Position numbers and translations under genes: made by a program. From Pseudomonadota bacterium (GTDB lineage: Bacteria; Pseudomonadota; Alphaproteobacteria; Sphingomonadales; CAKZYD01): a stretch of 64,000 bases of DNA. Under the pieces are notes generated by a model that was given only the letters and a program-made list of their open reading frames with translations, searched no databases and was not told where the DNA came from. The stretch spans positions 23,250 to 87,249 of the forward strand of contig JBCCAR010000003.1 of assembly GCA_039814715.1 (NCBI GenBank), in the 5' to 3' direction. Positions 1 through 9,691 of the stretch are shown piece by piece. Every line of letters begins with the position of its first letter. Positions within the stretch are counted from its first letter, which is position 1.

Positions 1-1
1 T

Positions 2-427
2 GCGACGATCATTGTTATTGAGGAAGCCGAGCGCTTTGGCCTGGCGCAGCTGCACCAATTGCGTGGGCGCGTTGGCCGCGGGCGCAAAAAGTCGGTGTGT
101 TTATTGCTGCGCGGGGAGAGTTTAAGCGAAACGGCGCAGGCGCGGCTACGAATATTGCGTGAGAGTGAAGACGGATTTCGCATTGCTGAAGAAGATTTGC
201 GCCTGCGCGGAAGCGGAGAAATTTTAGGCACACGCCAATCCGGCTTACCGCAGTTTCGCCTTGCCAACTTAGACGAGCACCAAGGCTTGCTGCAGGTTGC
301 CGATGACGATGCGCGTTATCTCTTAGAAGTCGATCCAGGGTTAGATAGCCCGCGCGGCCAGGCGGCCCGCACGCTGCTCTATCTTATGGAGCGCGATGAT
401 GCGGTACGCTTGCTGGATGCTGGCTAA
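2..427 (+). CDS. recG: ATP-dependent DNA helicase RecG, C-terminal fragment (5' end lies outside the window)
   Basis: Frame is open from the window edge. Peptide IIVIEEAERFGLAQLHQLRGRVGRG ... GTRQSGLPQFRLANL matches helicase motif VI and the RecG C-terminus. Confidence 0.85.
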   Translation, partial: ATIIVIEEAERFGLAQLHQLRGRVGRGRKKSVCLLLRGESLSETAQARLRILRESEDGFRIAEEDLRLRGSGEILGTRQSGLPQFRLANLDEHQGLLQVADDDARYLLEVDPGLDSPRGQAARTLLYLMERDDAVRLLDAG

Positions 428-1233
428 GTTTCAATATCGCGGGTGACTGGCAAGACTTCTCTTTCTTCAGGGTCTGGATCAATGCCAGCGGCCTTTTCCA
501 TGCGCTGCGGCGGCGTCACCAAGCCTGCAGAAATCACATATTTCACGCCTTCTTCCACCGTCATGTCGAGGTACGTGACGTCTTCTTTAGGCACAAAAAG
601 CAGAAATCCCGATGTCGGGTTTGGCGTGGTGGGCAAAAATACGTTGACCATATCGCTGCCATGGCGGGTAGCGATTTCACCCTTGGTCGGCGCGGTCACA
701 AACGCAATCGCATAGAGGCCTTTGCGCGGGTACTCCACCAGAACCACATCGCGAAAGGACATTGATGATTGGCTAATGATGGTCTCAAAAATTTGCTTAA
801 GAGTACCATAGATTGTCCGTACGACAGGGAGATTGTCGACGACGCGTTCTCCCAAATTCAGCAGACTGCGGCCAAAGAAGTTGGCTGTGATCATGCCAAG
901 CAAAATAAGGAATAGCACGACGATGACGACGCCAAGACCTGGTATCCCAACGGGCAGATATGTTTCCGGATTGTATTTCGCGGGAATGAGCGGTGTGATT
1001 CGTTTGTCGACGGTCACAACGAACAGCCAGGTGAGATAAATTGTAATCGATATGGGCGCCGCAACGACAACGCCTGTTAAAAAATAGGTCCGTAAACGTG
1101 CGGAAAAGCTGCGCTTGTTGCCTTGATCTTCTTGGTGTCTTTTCCGGTCCGTCACACCACGATCTTTCTTTGAGGTCACGTTTTTATAGGTCTCTAATTG
1201 TTGTGTTACAGCATTAGCATCTTCACCCGCCAT
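424..1233 (-). CDS. DUF502-family membrane protein
   Basis: 269-aa ORF with a basic N-terminus and two hydrophobic helices. The C-terminal motif FLPTTPNPTSGFLLFVP is typical of DUF502. Confidence 0.65.
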   Translation of the reverse strand: MAGEDANAVTQQLETYKNVTSKKDRGVTDRKRHQEDQGNKRSFSARLRTYFLTGVVVAAPISITIYLTWLFVVTVDKRITPLIPAKYNPETYLPVGIPGLGVVIVVLFLILLGMITANFFGRSLLNLGERVVDNLPVVRTIYGTLKQIFETIISQSSMSFRDVVLVEYPRKGLYAIAFVTAPTKGEIATRHGSDMVNVFLPTTPNPTSGFLLFVPKEDVTYLDMTVEEGVKYVISAGLVTPPQRMEKAAGIDPDPEEREVLPVTRDIET

Positions 1234-1330
1234 CTGGCGAGAAAGTGCTGTAATGACGGTTGGGTTCGGCAGAAATATGGTCTATGTACGAGCCAGAGAA
1301 GAAAAGCAGGCGGCGTAAAAAGGCTGAACA

Positions 1331-1897
1331 TTGGAAAGGCGAGCGGTAAGGCGGTATGGCAGCGTTGCTGTTATTGGCCTAAGCATACTTCTACTTTTGC
1401 TATTCCAAACCCTGGGCCGGACCCAGGTCAATAGCCGTACGCTAGCACCTCAAGAACAGCACCTCGAAGCGATGGCCGTTTATAACGACGGCGAATACAT
1501 CCGCGCCCATGATATGTTTTTAACCCTCGCCCAGCAGGGAAACGTTGATGCAAAGGCGATGCTAGGCGTGATTTACTTTCATGGCCATGGCGTGGACGCT
1601 GACCGGGTCAAGTCAGCCATATGGTTCTATCAAGCTGCGCGCGCTGGTCGTGCGCCAGCCCAGCTCCTCGTTGGCAAGCTATTTTTGTCGGGCGAAGGTG
1701 TCGCCGCTGACCGCGATGAGGCGGCCTTTTGGTTGACCTTAGCGCGTGATCGCGGCGAAGGAGAGGTGGCGGAAAACGCCCAGGCTGCGCTGCAAACAGT
1801 CCTGCCGACACTCAGTGCGGATGTGCGCGAGAGCATTCAGCGCCGGGTCAAGTTTTGGCGGCCAGACGTGTCTGACCAAGAGACTTTGGGAAGTTAG
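1331..1897 (+). CDS. Sel1-like (TPR-type) repeat protein, exported or membrane anchored
   Basis: N-terminal hydrophobic segment, then repeated A..LG..Y..G.GV..D...A..W units characteristic of Sel1 repeats. Confidence 0.6.
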   Translation: MERRAVRRYGSVAVIGLSILLLLLFQTLGRTQVNSRTLAPQEQHLEAMAVYNDGEYIRAHDMFLTLAQQGNVDAKAMLGVIYFHGHGVDADRVKSAIWFYQAARAGRAPAQLLVGKLFLSGEGVAADRDEAAFWLTLARDRGEGEVAENAQAALQTVLPTLSADVRESIQRRVKFWRPDVSDQETLGS

Positions 1898-1909
1898 CTA
1901 AACCTGGCT

Positions 1910-3067
1910 CTAGTCCAGGGATTTTTCAAACATACCGTAGCGCTTGTAAATATGCGCTCCAACAGACACCAGCATGTTGTTAATGCCTTGGTTGTCATCC
2001 AGTATCCAAGACAGCTCAGAATGTGTGGAATTAAACGTTCCCACGCGCGCTCTGATTTTTGCAATCAACGAAATGCCCAGAATGCCGCCGATTCGAGTAT
2101 TTTGCAGGTGCGGCAAGGTTCCTAGAAGGGCTGTTCTGAGACGCGGAAAATTGCGCCGACGCAAGCGGATGAGGAGCTTCAGCCAATTAAAGGGCAAAAG
2201 TCTGCCGTTAAAATCAGCTGTGAGCACGTTTATGTCAGGCAGCACAAACATGAAGGCCACGCGCTCGCCCCTGTAATATGCGAATGCGCCAAGCTCTGGT
2301 TGCATGATCATTTTCAGCGATTTGCGAAAGCGCTGTGCCTCGCTCGCTGTCATAGGGGTAAAGCCCCAATTTTTTGTCCAAGATTTATTGAAGATATCTA
2401 GCGCTAGGGTCACTTCGTCTTCAAATTTGCTCATGTCGAGGAAGCGAAATTCAATGTCCTTATTCGCATCAGCCCATTCAACCATACGGTCAAATTTCGG
2501 GTTAATGCCTTTTGAAATATTATAGTCATACGCATAAAGCTCTTTGACTTGGCGGTAGCCATGATGTTCCACGAGGCCGCGATAATAAGGCCGGCCATGC
2601 GGCATGAGCACTGCATTGGGCGTATCAAACCCTTCCGTAAGAAGGCCGACCTCCTCGTTGATCGATGGATTAAAGGGACCTAAGGCTCGTCTCATGCCTT
2701 GGCTCTTAAGCCACCTCTCAGCTGCATTCAGCAATAGTCGTGCTGTATTGGTATTGTCCTCACATTCAAAGTAGCCAAATTGGCCTGTACCCTTGCCCAT
2801 TGTATCTTGGACCAGGCTATCCACTTGCGCACTGATGCGGCCGACGGGCACGCCAGCTCTTTTCGCAACAAAATACTGCGTTTTTGCGTGTTCGAGATAA
2901 GGGCTGGAAGATTTCAGAAGGCTTGCAATATCGAAGCGAAGCGGCGCGCAGTATTCCGGGACGTTTTTGTAGACCGTGTCCGTGACGTCCAGGAAAGACG
3001 TGTTGAAAGTGTCTGGCCCATAAGCGTCTAGTGTTAGGTCCGGGTCAGATGCCGCCGCTGATGTCAT
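1910..3067 (-). CDS. GNAT-superfamily acyltransferase, candidate bacterial ceramide synthase (bCerS-like)
   Basis: 385-aa ORF. The C-terminal half carries a GNAT-like motif (LGTLPHLQNTRIGGILG). The N-terminal pattern is VYKNVPEYCAPLRFD...YFVAKRAGVPVGRISAQVD...GQFGYFE. It lies next to a lipid hydroxylase and about 5 kb from spt-acp. Functional assignment is inference. Confidence 0.45.
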   Translation of the reverse strand: MTSAAASDPDLTLDAYGPDTFNTSFLDVTDTVYKNVPEYCAPLRFDIASLLKSSSPYLEHAKTQYFVAKRAGVPVGRISAQVDSLVQDTMGKGTGQFGYFECEDNTNTARLLLNAAERWLKSQGMRRALGPFNPSINEEVGLLTEGFDTPNAVLMPHGRPYYRGLVEHHGYRQVKELYAYDYNISKGINPKFDRMVEWADANKDIEFRFLDMSKFEDEVTLALDIFNKSWTKNWGFTPMTASEAQRFRKSLKMIMQPELGAFAYYRGERVAFMFVLPDINVLTADFNGRLLPFNWLKLLIRLRRRNFPRLRTALLGTLPHLQNTRIGGILGISLIAKIRARVGTFNSTHSELSWILDDNQGINNMLVSVGAHIYKRYGMFEKSLD

Positions 3068-3151
3068 TAAACCTCATCTCCCGCCCGTTTATTGCAGGAG
3101 AGATAACGCGTTGCACCCAAAAGCTGAAGAGAAATAAAGGTGCGAGTGTGT

Positions 3152-3943
3152 TTACGCGGCGCGCTGGGTCTCGCCCAAGGCCTCATTGTCCTGTTCACGC
3201 CGTGAGGGCGGACTATCATACACACCGCCGGAAAGCTCCGAGACCCAGGGATACTGCTTAGCAACGGTTTTGTCGTAACCAAGGTTAAAAACGGTCGCAC
3301 TTTTTGTCCGGCCCGCAATGGCTTCATAATGGGTGCCCAAAAGTCGATCCCAAAAGAAGTTGGTGATGCCAAAATTTCCACTTTCATCATGAAAATGATG
3401 CGCCATGTGCAAGCGTTTCATTTCCGCTAACATCTTGTTTTTCGGCTTGTAGGAGAGGTGTTGAATGCAATGACAAAACTCATAAAAACAGGTTGTTAGC
3501 AGTCCGGCCGCAAACCCAGCTGCAGCGCCCGAGATGCCGTTGATCAGATATCCGGTTGGCAGTGTAATAAGCGCTATGGTTGGTAACGTCGTGTAGAGCG
3601 CGCCAAACAGGACCTCGAGATGATTGGGGTCCTGGTGGTGATCGAAATGAATGCGCTTCCAAACTTTTGCTGTAAGGGGCGACTTAAACAGGTATCGGCC
3701 ATGCAGCACCCAGCGGTGCAGGGTGTACCACGCCAAGGGGTAGAGGGTGATAGCAACGCCCACGGCTAGCATGTCTAGCGCAGCAGATGATGTGGTCGTT
3801 ACAGCCACGTAAATGCCGATCGCTGCCAGTAGCAGATAGGCCTGAATGGCATAATATTGGAAATACGCCACAATCAACTGATTGAGCGTCATGCGGTTAA
3901 GGTAGTGGGATTTGTTGGACCAAAAGCCGAGTTTTAATGCCAT
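3152..3943 (-). CDS. Fatty acid hydroxylase / sterol desaturase superfamily membrane protein (di-iron His-box enzyme)
   Basis: Four histidine boxes are visible: HRWVLH, HFDHH, HCIQH, HMAHHFH. Several TM helices. Confidence 0.75.
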   Translation of the reverse strand: MALKLGFWSNKSHYLNRMTLNQLIVAYFQYYAIQAYLLLAAIGIYVAVTTTSSAALDMLAVGVAITLYPLAWYTLHRWVLHGRYLFKSPLTAKVWKRIHFDHHQDPNHLEVLFGALYTTLPTIALITLPTGYLINGISGAAAGFAAGLLTTCFYEFCHCIQHLSYKPKNKMLAEMKRLHMAHHFHDESGNFGITNFFWDRLLGTHYEAIAGRTKSATVFNLGYDKTVAKQYPWVSELSGGVYDSPPSRREQDNEALGETQRAA

Positions 3944-4052
3944 AGCTCTATCTCGCTGCGGATGTCCGCATTGGGTTTTTTCAGGCGCTCATATGGCCTT
4001 TTTGTGCCCCTGCCTCAAGGTTAGCTATGTCGCAGGGGCAAGATTGTTACAA

Positions 4053-5171
4053 TTATTCTTCAGTATATAGCAAAACAGTCACGCCAAGGAGCGCAAAGAC
4101 TGCAAAAGGAGCCCATGCGGATAAAATGGGCGGTGTGGCGCCGAATTGTCCCAAGGCAACCAGCAGGTTATCAGCAACGAAAAAGGCAAAACCCAGCCCC
4201 ATGCCAATAACAACCCGCACAAAGAGTTGGCCGCCGCGTGAGGCGCCAAAGGCCGCCACTGCGCCTAGGAGGGGCATTAAAACTGTCGAGAGAGGGCCTG
4301 AAATCTTATGCATCAGAGACGCCTCAAGCAGATCTGTCGGGTAGCCTTCCGCTTTCAGGTCTTGTACCGCGTCGCGCAAATCCCAAAAGGCTGTGCGGTC
4401 TGGTTTCACGGCGAGCGCGATAAACCGCTCTGGCGGCACGCTTGTGCCCCAAAACGCTGCGTCTAAGCGTTTTTTGCTTAGGTCGGGCAAGCTCGTTTCC
4501 TCTACTTCATACAGCTTCCAGGTCGAGCCATCAAAACTGGCAAAGGCTGCATTGGTAATTTTCGTGAGTGTGCCGCTGGGCGCGCGTTCAAATAAAGTCA
4601 AGCCATCGATGACCAGCCGGCTACCGCCGCGCGTAATAGAGCCAATTTGGATCACCGTGCGGTCTTCTTCAACCCATGAACGTGTCGCATTTGGTGCTTC
4701 ATCAGGCAAATCGACCGCATATTCGTTGTCTTGCCAGTAGATAAGTTCCGTGTTGGTGCGCATGAGCACGAACTCGTTAAAGGCCATGTGCAGCGCAGCG
4801 ATGCCAAGCGTGATGGCGATTGCCGGCGCAATGATGTGGAAGGCGGACATGCCTGAGGCTTTCATGACGATCACTTCAGACGTCTGGTTGAGCGTCGCCA
4901 GCACCGTGACGATGGCCAATAAAGCGGCGAAGGGCGTGAATTGGCTTATCAGCTGGGGCGCACGCAGCATGACGTAGCGTACCAGACTTGCAGAGGTGGC
5001 GCCGTCCACTTCCAAGATGTTGTCTGATTTTCCCATCAAATCAAGTACCTGGAGCACAACGACGAGGCCAATTAAGAAGGAAAAGAAGCGCGTTACAGTC
5101 AATTTGCCAACGTACCACGCAAGCGTGCGCGACGGCAAAATCCACCGACGACTGCGGCGCGCGAAATTCAT
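4053..5171 (-). CDS. lptG: LPS export ABC permease LptG (YjgP/YjgQ family)
   Basis: 372-aa ORF with the YjgP/YjgQ layout: three TM helices, a large periplasmic beta-jellyroll region, then three TM helices. It overlaps the upstream paralogue by 4 nt. Confidence 0.65.
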   Translation of the reverse strand: MNFARRSRRWILPSRTLAWYVGKLTVTRFFSFLIGLVVVLQVLDLMGKSDNILEVDGATSASLVRYVMLRAPQLISQFTPFAALLAIVTVLATLNQTSEVIVMKASGMSAFHIIAPAIAITLGIAALHMAFNEFVLMRTNTELIYWQDNEYAVDLPDEAPNATRSWVEEDRTVIQIGSITRGGSRLVIDGLTLFERAPSGTLTKITNAAFASFDGSTWKLYEVEETSLPDLSKKRLDAAFWGTSVPPERFIALAVKPDRTAFWDLRDAVQDLKAEGYPTDLLEASLMHKISGPLSTVLMPLLGAVAAFGASRGGQLFVRVVIGMGLGFAFFVADNLLVALGQFGATPPILSAWAPFAVFALLGVTVLLYTEE

Positions 5172-6361
5172 GACGTGCTCGTCTGCGCTTTGCTGAAGCG
5201 CCGAACAACCGCGCTGAAGCCGCGCGCTATGGCATCAAGCAGTTTCAGCGGTTGTCCGCCAACTTTGCGTGTGGCAATCCAATAAAGCTGCACGCTTATG
5301 GCGACGAAGACGCTGAAAGGCAGCCACATCGCTAAGAGTGGGCTTGTGCCATTATTGCGCACCATCGCTTCCCCAAGCTCTAGAATCTCATTAAAGCCGA
5401 TCAGCATGGCAACGCCAGTGAAAACGCCGACAGCGCTGGCGGAGCGTTTTGGCGGAATTCCCATCGGTATGGCGAGAAAGGGCAGGGCAAAGAGCGACAG
5501 AATATGCGCTATGCGGTAGTTTAAGTTCGCGACCACCGCATCGCGAGAATTTTCTTCCATATTGCCAGAGCGCAGTTCATTGACCATTTCAACGGTGGTC
5601 TTTTCAAGCTCTCCATCCCCGCGGTCTCGAAAGCCCTCGCTGCGCGGCAGATCGATAGGCAAGTCTTGAACATCAAAACTGAGATATCGCGGCCGAGTGA
5701 AGTTACGGTCAAAGGTAATCAAGGTTCCATCAAAGAGACGAAATAAGATGCGGTCTTCATCATCGGTGGCAAAAAACGCGCCGCTATCTGCCGTCACAAC
5801 GAGTTGGCCATCATCATTTGGGGCTTCTTGATGGGCGAAGATGCGAAACAGCTGCCGCCCGCCATCGCGCGATTCTTCAACCTTCATGGTCAAAGCTTCA
5901 CCGAGCTCAACAAATTCACCCACTTTGATGCTCGCCCCAAGCGCGCCCGAGCGCAGTTCATAGCGCAGTTCTTCATAGGAATAGCGGCTGATGGGCTGGA
6001 CAAATCCATTCAGCAGGAAGGTCAAAATGGCCAGGAGGAAACTCAGCGTGATGGGTACCCGCAAAAGCCGTGCAAAACTTACTCCGACGGAATTGAGGGC
6101 ATCAAGCTCGCTGGAAAGGGCCAGTTTTCGGAATGCTAAAATCGTGCCTAATAGCAGCCCAATTGGAATGGCTAGGCCGAGATATTGCGGTGCGACATTA
6201 CCGAGCATACGCCAGACGACGGAGACTGGGCCACCTTCTTTGATAACGAAATCAAATAAACTGAGCATTTTATCAAGTAGTAGCAGCATCGCGGCAATAC
6301 CAAGGGTGGTCACCATTGGTGTCAAAATTTGCCGCAGGATATACCAGTCAATTTTTTTCAA
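5168..6361 (-). CDS. lptF: LPS export ABC permease LptF (YjgP/YjgQ family)
   Basis: 397 aa with the same YjgP/YjgQ architecture. It is first in the pair, as is usual for lptF-lptG. Confidence 0.65.
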   Translation of the reverse strand: MKKIDWYILRQILTPMVTTLGIAAMLLLLDKMLSLFDFVIKEGGPVSVVWRMLGNVAPQYLGLAIPIGLLLGTILAFRKLALSSELDALNSVGVSFARLLRVPITLSFLLAILTFLLNGFVQPISRYSYEELRYELRSGALGASIKVGEFVELGEALTMKVEESRDGGRQLFRIFAHQEAPNDDGQLVVTADSGAFFATDDEDRILFRLFDGTLITFDRNFTRPRYLSFDVQDLPIDLPRSEGFRDRGDGELEKTTVEMVNELRSGNMEENSRDAVVANLNYRIAHILSLFALPFLAIPMGIPPKRSASAVGVFTGVAMLIGFNEILELGEAMVRNNGTSPLLAMWLPFSVFVAISVQLYWIATRKVGGQPLKLLDAIARGFSAVVRRFSKAQTSTS

Positions 6362-6540
6362 TGCAGGCCCTTATACCTAAAGTGTTTTGCCTTCTACGCA
6401 CTCCCAGCAGCCGCTTAGCATGTTCCCCCGCGCACGGCCAGAGACCAGAAAAACAATCAAAATATTGCCTTATTTGGTTTAAGCACTATTCAGCCGCGAC
6501 GGTGTAGCTATGGTTGCACACCATTTAGGAAATAGATGAC

Positions 6541-7074
6541 ATGGCGCTCTTAAAAACACGCATCATATCTGCAGCTCTTTACGCGGCGACTTGTCTTGCG
6601 CCAAGCAGCTATGTTTGGGCTCAGGACGCGGACCAAGTGGCTGTGCCGCAAGGCGCATGCCATGACGCGCACGACGGACCAGTGCTGCAATTGAAGCTCC
6701 AAAAGCTGAAAACGCGCGACGGGCAATTTCGCATTGAGCTGTATCCAGACGATGAGGATTTGTTTTTAGAAGGGTCAGGCAAGCTCTATCGTTATTATAC
6801 GCCAGTTCCAGAAAATGAAGACGACACCGTCTGTATCACAGTCCCATCGATGGGCGCTTACGGCCTTCTCATTATCCATGACATTGATATGAATTCGAAG
6901 CCGGATTTCTTGAAGGATGGCTTCGGTTTGTCGACCAATCCCAAACTAGCGCTACGCCGGCCGCGCTTTGAAGAAGCACGTTTCACCGTGGAGGCTGAGG
7001 AAACAGTCTTGGAAATTGACATCCAATATGTCACAGGCAACAAGAGGAAGCGTTGCCGCGGCAAGCGATGTTAA
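6541..7074 (+). CDS. DUF2141-family secreted protein
   Basis: Signal peptide (ALYAATCLAPSSYVWAQD). Motifs GQFRIELY...GAYGLLIIHDIDMNSKPD...DGFGLSTNP resemble DUF2141. Confidence 0.55.
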   Translation: MALLKTRIISAALYAATCLAPSSYVWAQDADQVAVPQGACHDAHDGPVLQLKLQKLKTRDGQFRIELYPDDEDLFLEGSGKLYRYYTPVPENEDDTVCITVPSMGAYGLLIIHDIDMNSKPDFLKDGFGLSTNPKLALRRPRFEEARFTVEAEETVLEIDIQYVTGNKRKRCRGKRC

Positions 7075-7130
7075 ATCTAGCTTTGATTTAACGCGCTAGG
7101 GCGGTTGCTGGGAGCGCCAGAAGGGCCGCC

Positions 7131-8081
7131 GTGACCTATCAATATGACATCTTAAAAGAGCTGACGCCGCAGCGGCATGTCTCTATCTTATGTGCTGGCC
7201 TCGCAAAACCCGATAGCGAAGCGCTGCAAACTGCTGCGCGGGCTATATCCGGCACTGTGGTGGTTAAATCTGAGAACCAAAGCGAAATTCCTGCAGCGCT
7301 TTTCATGGCGCTACGTACGGCGCCTCAAGTGCTTGCCATCACCGGGTCAAGCGGATTGATGAGTGATACGCTGGGCGGCCTTCTTGCTCTACAGGAAGAA
7401 GGCATAAAGCTCCCGGCCATTGCGCTGCTTGATATTGCCGGGAACGTTGCTGCGGCGAAGGCACTTGGTATGATTGGTAGTGTTTCGCAGCAGCTCACCA
7501 ATCTGCGGCTTCAAATAGAGCGTAGCGAAGTGCCGGACGCAACGACAGCCGTGCCGCTCCTGCGTTTGGCCCAAGGGCCGCAATTGATCCGCTTGGGGCT
7601 CATTTTTGCGACTGGAAACTATGCGCAGGGGCTGGGTGTGGGATTTGAAAAGTTGTTTCAATCCTCCGCTCTTATGAAACTCCATATGTTTGCGGCAAAA
7701 CCAGAGGTAAACGGCCAGGATGATTTGGCGCGCATTGCGCCAGACAAGGGCGGATCTCTATCTACCTATCTGTCTGGGATGCTGCTCAGCGCATTGCCGC
7801 TACCGCTCTTGTCGCGAACAAAAACAAGGCCAGAAAAGCCAATTCGCTATTTAGCAACCGAGCGAAGCCGCAAGGCACGCATGGCTGCGCTCAGGGCGTT
7901 TGGCGGGCAACTGGACCGCGCTCAGCCTTTTTATGGGGTTCATTTGGGCAATGCTGGCGGGCTATCCATGCGCTTGCCCGGCCCGCACAGGATGGACATG
8001 ACCGAACTATCGCTTGACGCCAGCTTTAGCATTACGCCAACTCAGCCTTTGCCGCTTATTGATTTGGCGGTCGCTTCTTAA
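7131..8081 (+). CDS. Hypothetical protein, no recognisable domain
   Basis: 316-aa GTG-initiated ORF. It is the only long ORF in this interval. I found no Rossmann, TM or catalytic motif. Confidence 0.4.
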   Translation: MTYQYDILKELTPQRHVSILCAGLAKPDSEALQTAARAISGTVVVKSENQSEIPAALFMALRTAPQVLAITGSSGLMSDTLGGLLALQEEGIKLPAIALLDIAGNVAAAKALGMIGSVSQQLTNLRLQIERSEVPDATTAVPLLRLAQGPQLIRLGLIFATGNYAQGLGVGFEKLFQSSALMKLHMFAAKPEVNGQDDLARIAPDKGGSLSTYLSGMLLSALPLPLLSRTKTRPEKPIRYLATERSRKARMAALRAFGGQLDRAQPFYGVHLGNAGGLSMRLPGPHRMDMTELSLDASFSITPTQPLPLIDLAVAS

Positions 8082-8091
8082 CAGGAACTAG

Positions 8092-9315
8092 CTATTCTGC
8101 TGCCTGCGCGGCTGGCAGAGCTAGAGCAATATCTCTCGCAGCGGCCTCAAACGTTTCTAGGATTTGATCGACTTGCTCCGCTGTATGGCTCGCGCATAGA
8201 GACAAGCGCAGCAAAAACGTTCCAATCGGAGTAGCGGGCGGTCTCGCCATGTTCACATAGATGCCGCGCACGAGCAGCGCGTTCCACATTTTTACCGTCG
8301 TGTCTTGGTCCGGCATAATGACCGCCAGAATAGCGCTCTGTGCTTGCGGTGTGGCCAGCGTAAAACCAAGCTCTCTCAGGCCCGCATGGAGCCGTTTTGA
8401 GTTCTCCCACAAATGCGCACGGCGATTGCCTGCATGCATTAACAAGCGAATGGACTTTTCAGCCGAGGCAACGACCGACGGTGGCAGAGACGCGGTAAAC
8501 ATATAAGGCCGGCACACCAGCCGAAGCACCTCAAAACGCGGATGGTTGGAGACGGCAAAGCCGCCCACCGTACCAACGCTTTTCGAGAATGTGCCAATAA
8601 TGAAGTCGACCTGGTCTTCGAGCCCTTCAGCTTCTGTCACGCCGCGGCCATTTGGCCCAATAAAGCCCATGGAATGGGCTTCATCCACCAGCACCATCGC
8701 GTCGTGGGCTTTTGCAACGGCGACTAGGTCTTTCAAAGGCGCCTTGTCTCCAAGCATTGAATAGACGCCTTCTAGGACGACCAGCTTGCCAGCGTCCGCC
8801 GGCAAGCGCTTCAAGCGCTTTTCAAGGTCTTCCGGGCTGTTATGGCGGAAGCGAACAATGTCTGCATTGCCCATCGCGCAGCCGTCATAAATGCTGGCAT
8901 GGCTATCGGCATCAATGATGATGTAATCGCCTTTTCCCGTCAGCGTCGAGCACAGCCCAAGATTGGCCAGATATCCAGTGGAAAAGACAATGGCGTGCTC
9001 GGCGTCATAAAAGTCTTTGAGCGCTTCTTCGACGGCGACATGGCTGGAATACGTGCCGTTGAGGACGCGGCTGCCAGTCGTCCCTGTTCCCGAAGCTTGC
9101 AGCGCTTCGCGCCCTGCCTGCATGACGTCCGGATGAAAGGTCATGCCCATGTAGTTATAGGTGCCTACAAGAATGGTCTTGCGACCATCAATCATGGCCT
9201 CCGTCTCGGAAAGCACCTGATCCATCGTCACTTTAAAGGGATCATGTGATCCGCTTTCCAGAATGGCGGCTTTTTCGGCAATAATGCCATCAAACTTGTC
9301 GAATAAATCCGGCAT
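8092..9315 (-). CDS. spt: Serine palmitoyltransferase (alpha-oxoamine synthase family, PLP-dependent)
   Basis: The PLP-lysine block GTFSKSVGTVGGF and the block RPYMFTASLPPSVVAS...NMARPPATPIGTFLLR closely follow the Sphingomonas/Caulobacter SPT sequences. The start overlaps the stop of the upstream ACP gene. Confidence 0.9.
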   Translation of the reverse strand: MPDLFDKFDGIIAEKAAILESGSHDPFKVTMDQVLSETEAMIDGRKTILVGTYNYMGMTFHPDVMQAGREALQASGTGTTGSRVLNGTYSSHVAVEEALKDFYDAEHAIVFSTGYLANLGLCSTLTGKGDYIIIDADSHASIYDGCAMGNADIVRFRHNSPEDLEKRLKRLPADAGKLVVLEGVYSMLGDKAPLKDLVAVAKAHDAMVLVDEAHSMGFIGPNGRGVTEAEGLEDQVDFIIGTFSKSVGTVGGFAVSNHPRFEVLRLVCRPYMFTASLPPSVVASAEKSIRLLMHAGNRRAHLWENSKRLHAGLRELGFTLATPQAQSAILAVIMPDQDTTVKMWNALLVRGIYVNMARPPATPIGTFLLRLSLCASHTAEQVDQILETFEAAARDIALALPAAQAAE

Positions 9316-9575
9316 CAGCTGTCCTGTTTTGCCAAAATTGTCGTCACTTCAGCGGCCACTTGGTCAATCGTTTCCAAATCTGGCAGCCGATTGAGCGGCA
9401 GAATAATATCGAACTCATCTTCGATCGCGGCAACGAGGTCCATAACCGTCAAGGAATCGAGCTCTAAGTCCGTCGCGAATGTCGTTTCCGGTTTCAAGGC
9501 AATAGCCTTTTGATTGAAAGGCGCAACGAGAGTGTTCAGGGTGGCACGAATGTTATCTTGGGACGGTGCTGTCAT
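9315..9575 (-). CDS. Dedicated acyl carrier protein of the sphingolipid pathway
   Basis: Phosphopantetheine site DLELDSLTVMDLV. I chose Met17 (MTAPSQD...), which is preceded by AGGA. The stop overlaps the spt start (TGATG). Confidence 0.8.
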   Translation of the reverse strand: MTAPSQDNIRATLNTLVAPFNQKAIALKPETTFATDLELDSLTVMDLVAAIEDEFDIILPLNRLPDLETIDQVAAEVTTILAKQDS

Positions 9576-9691
9576 GTATCCTGAGCCCTCCACGGGCCGT
9601 AAAGGCGAATTTAAACCAGGCAAAGCCCGACTGCGCCTGCAATAGCTTTGTTAACTGTATATTGGAAGAGAAAAGCGCTTCGGCAACCGCG

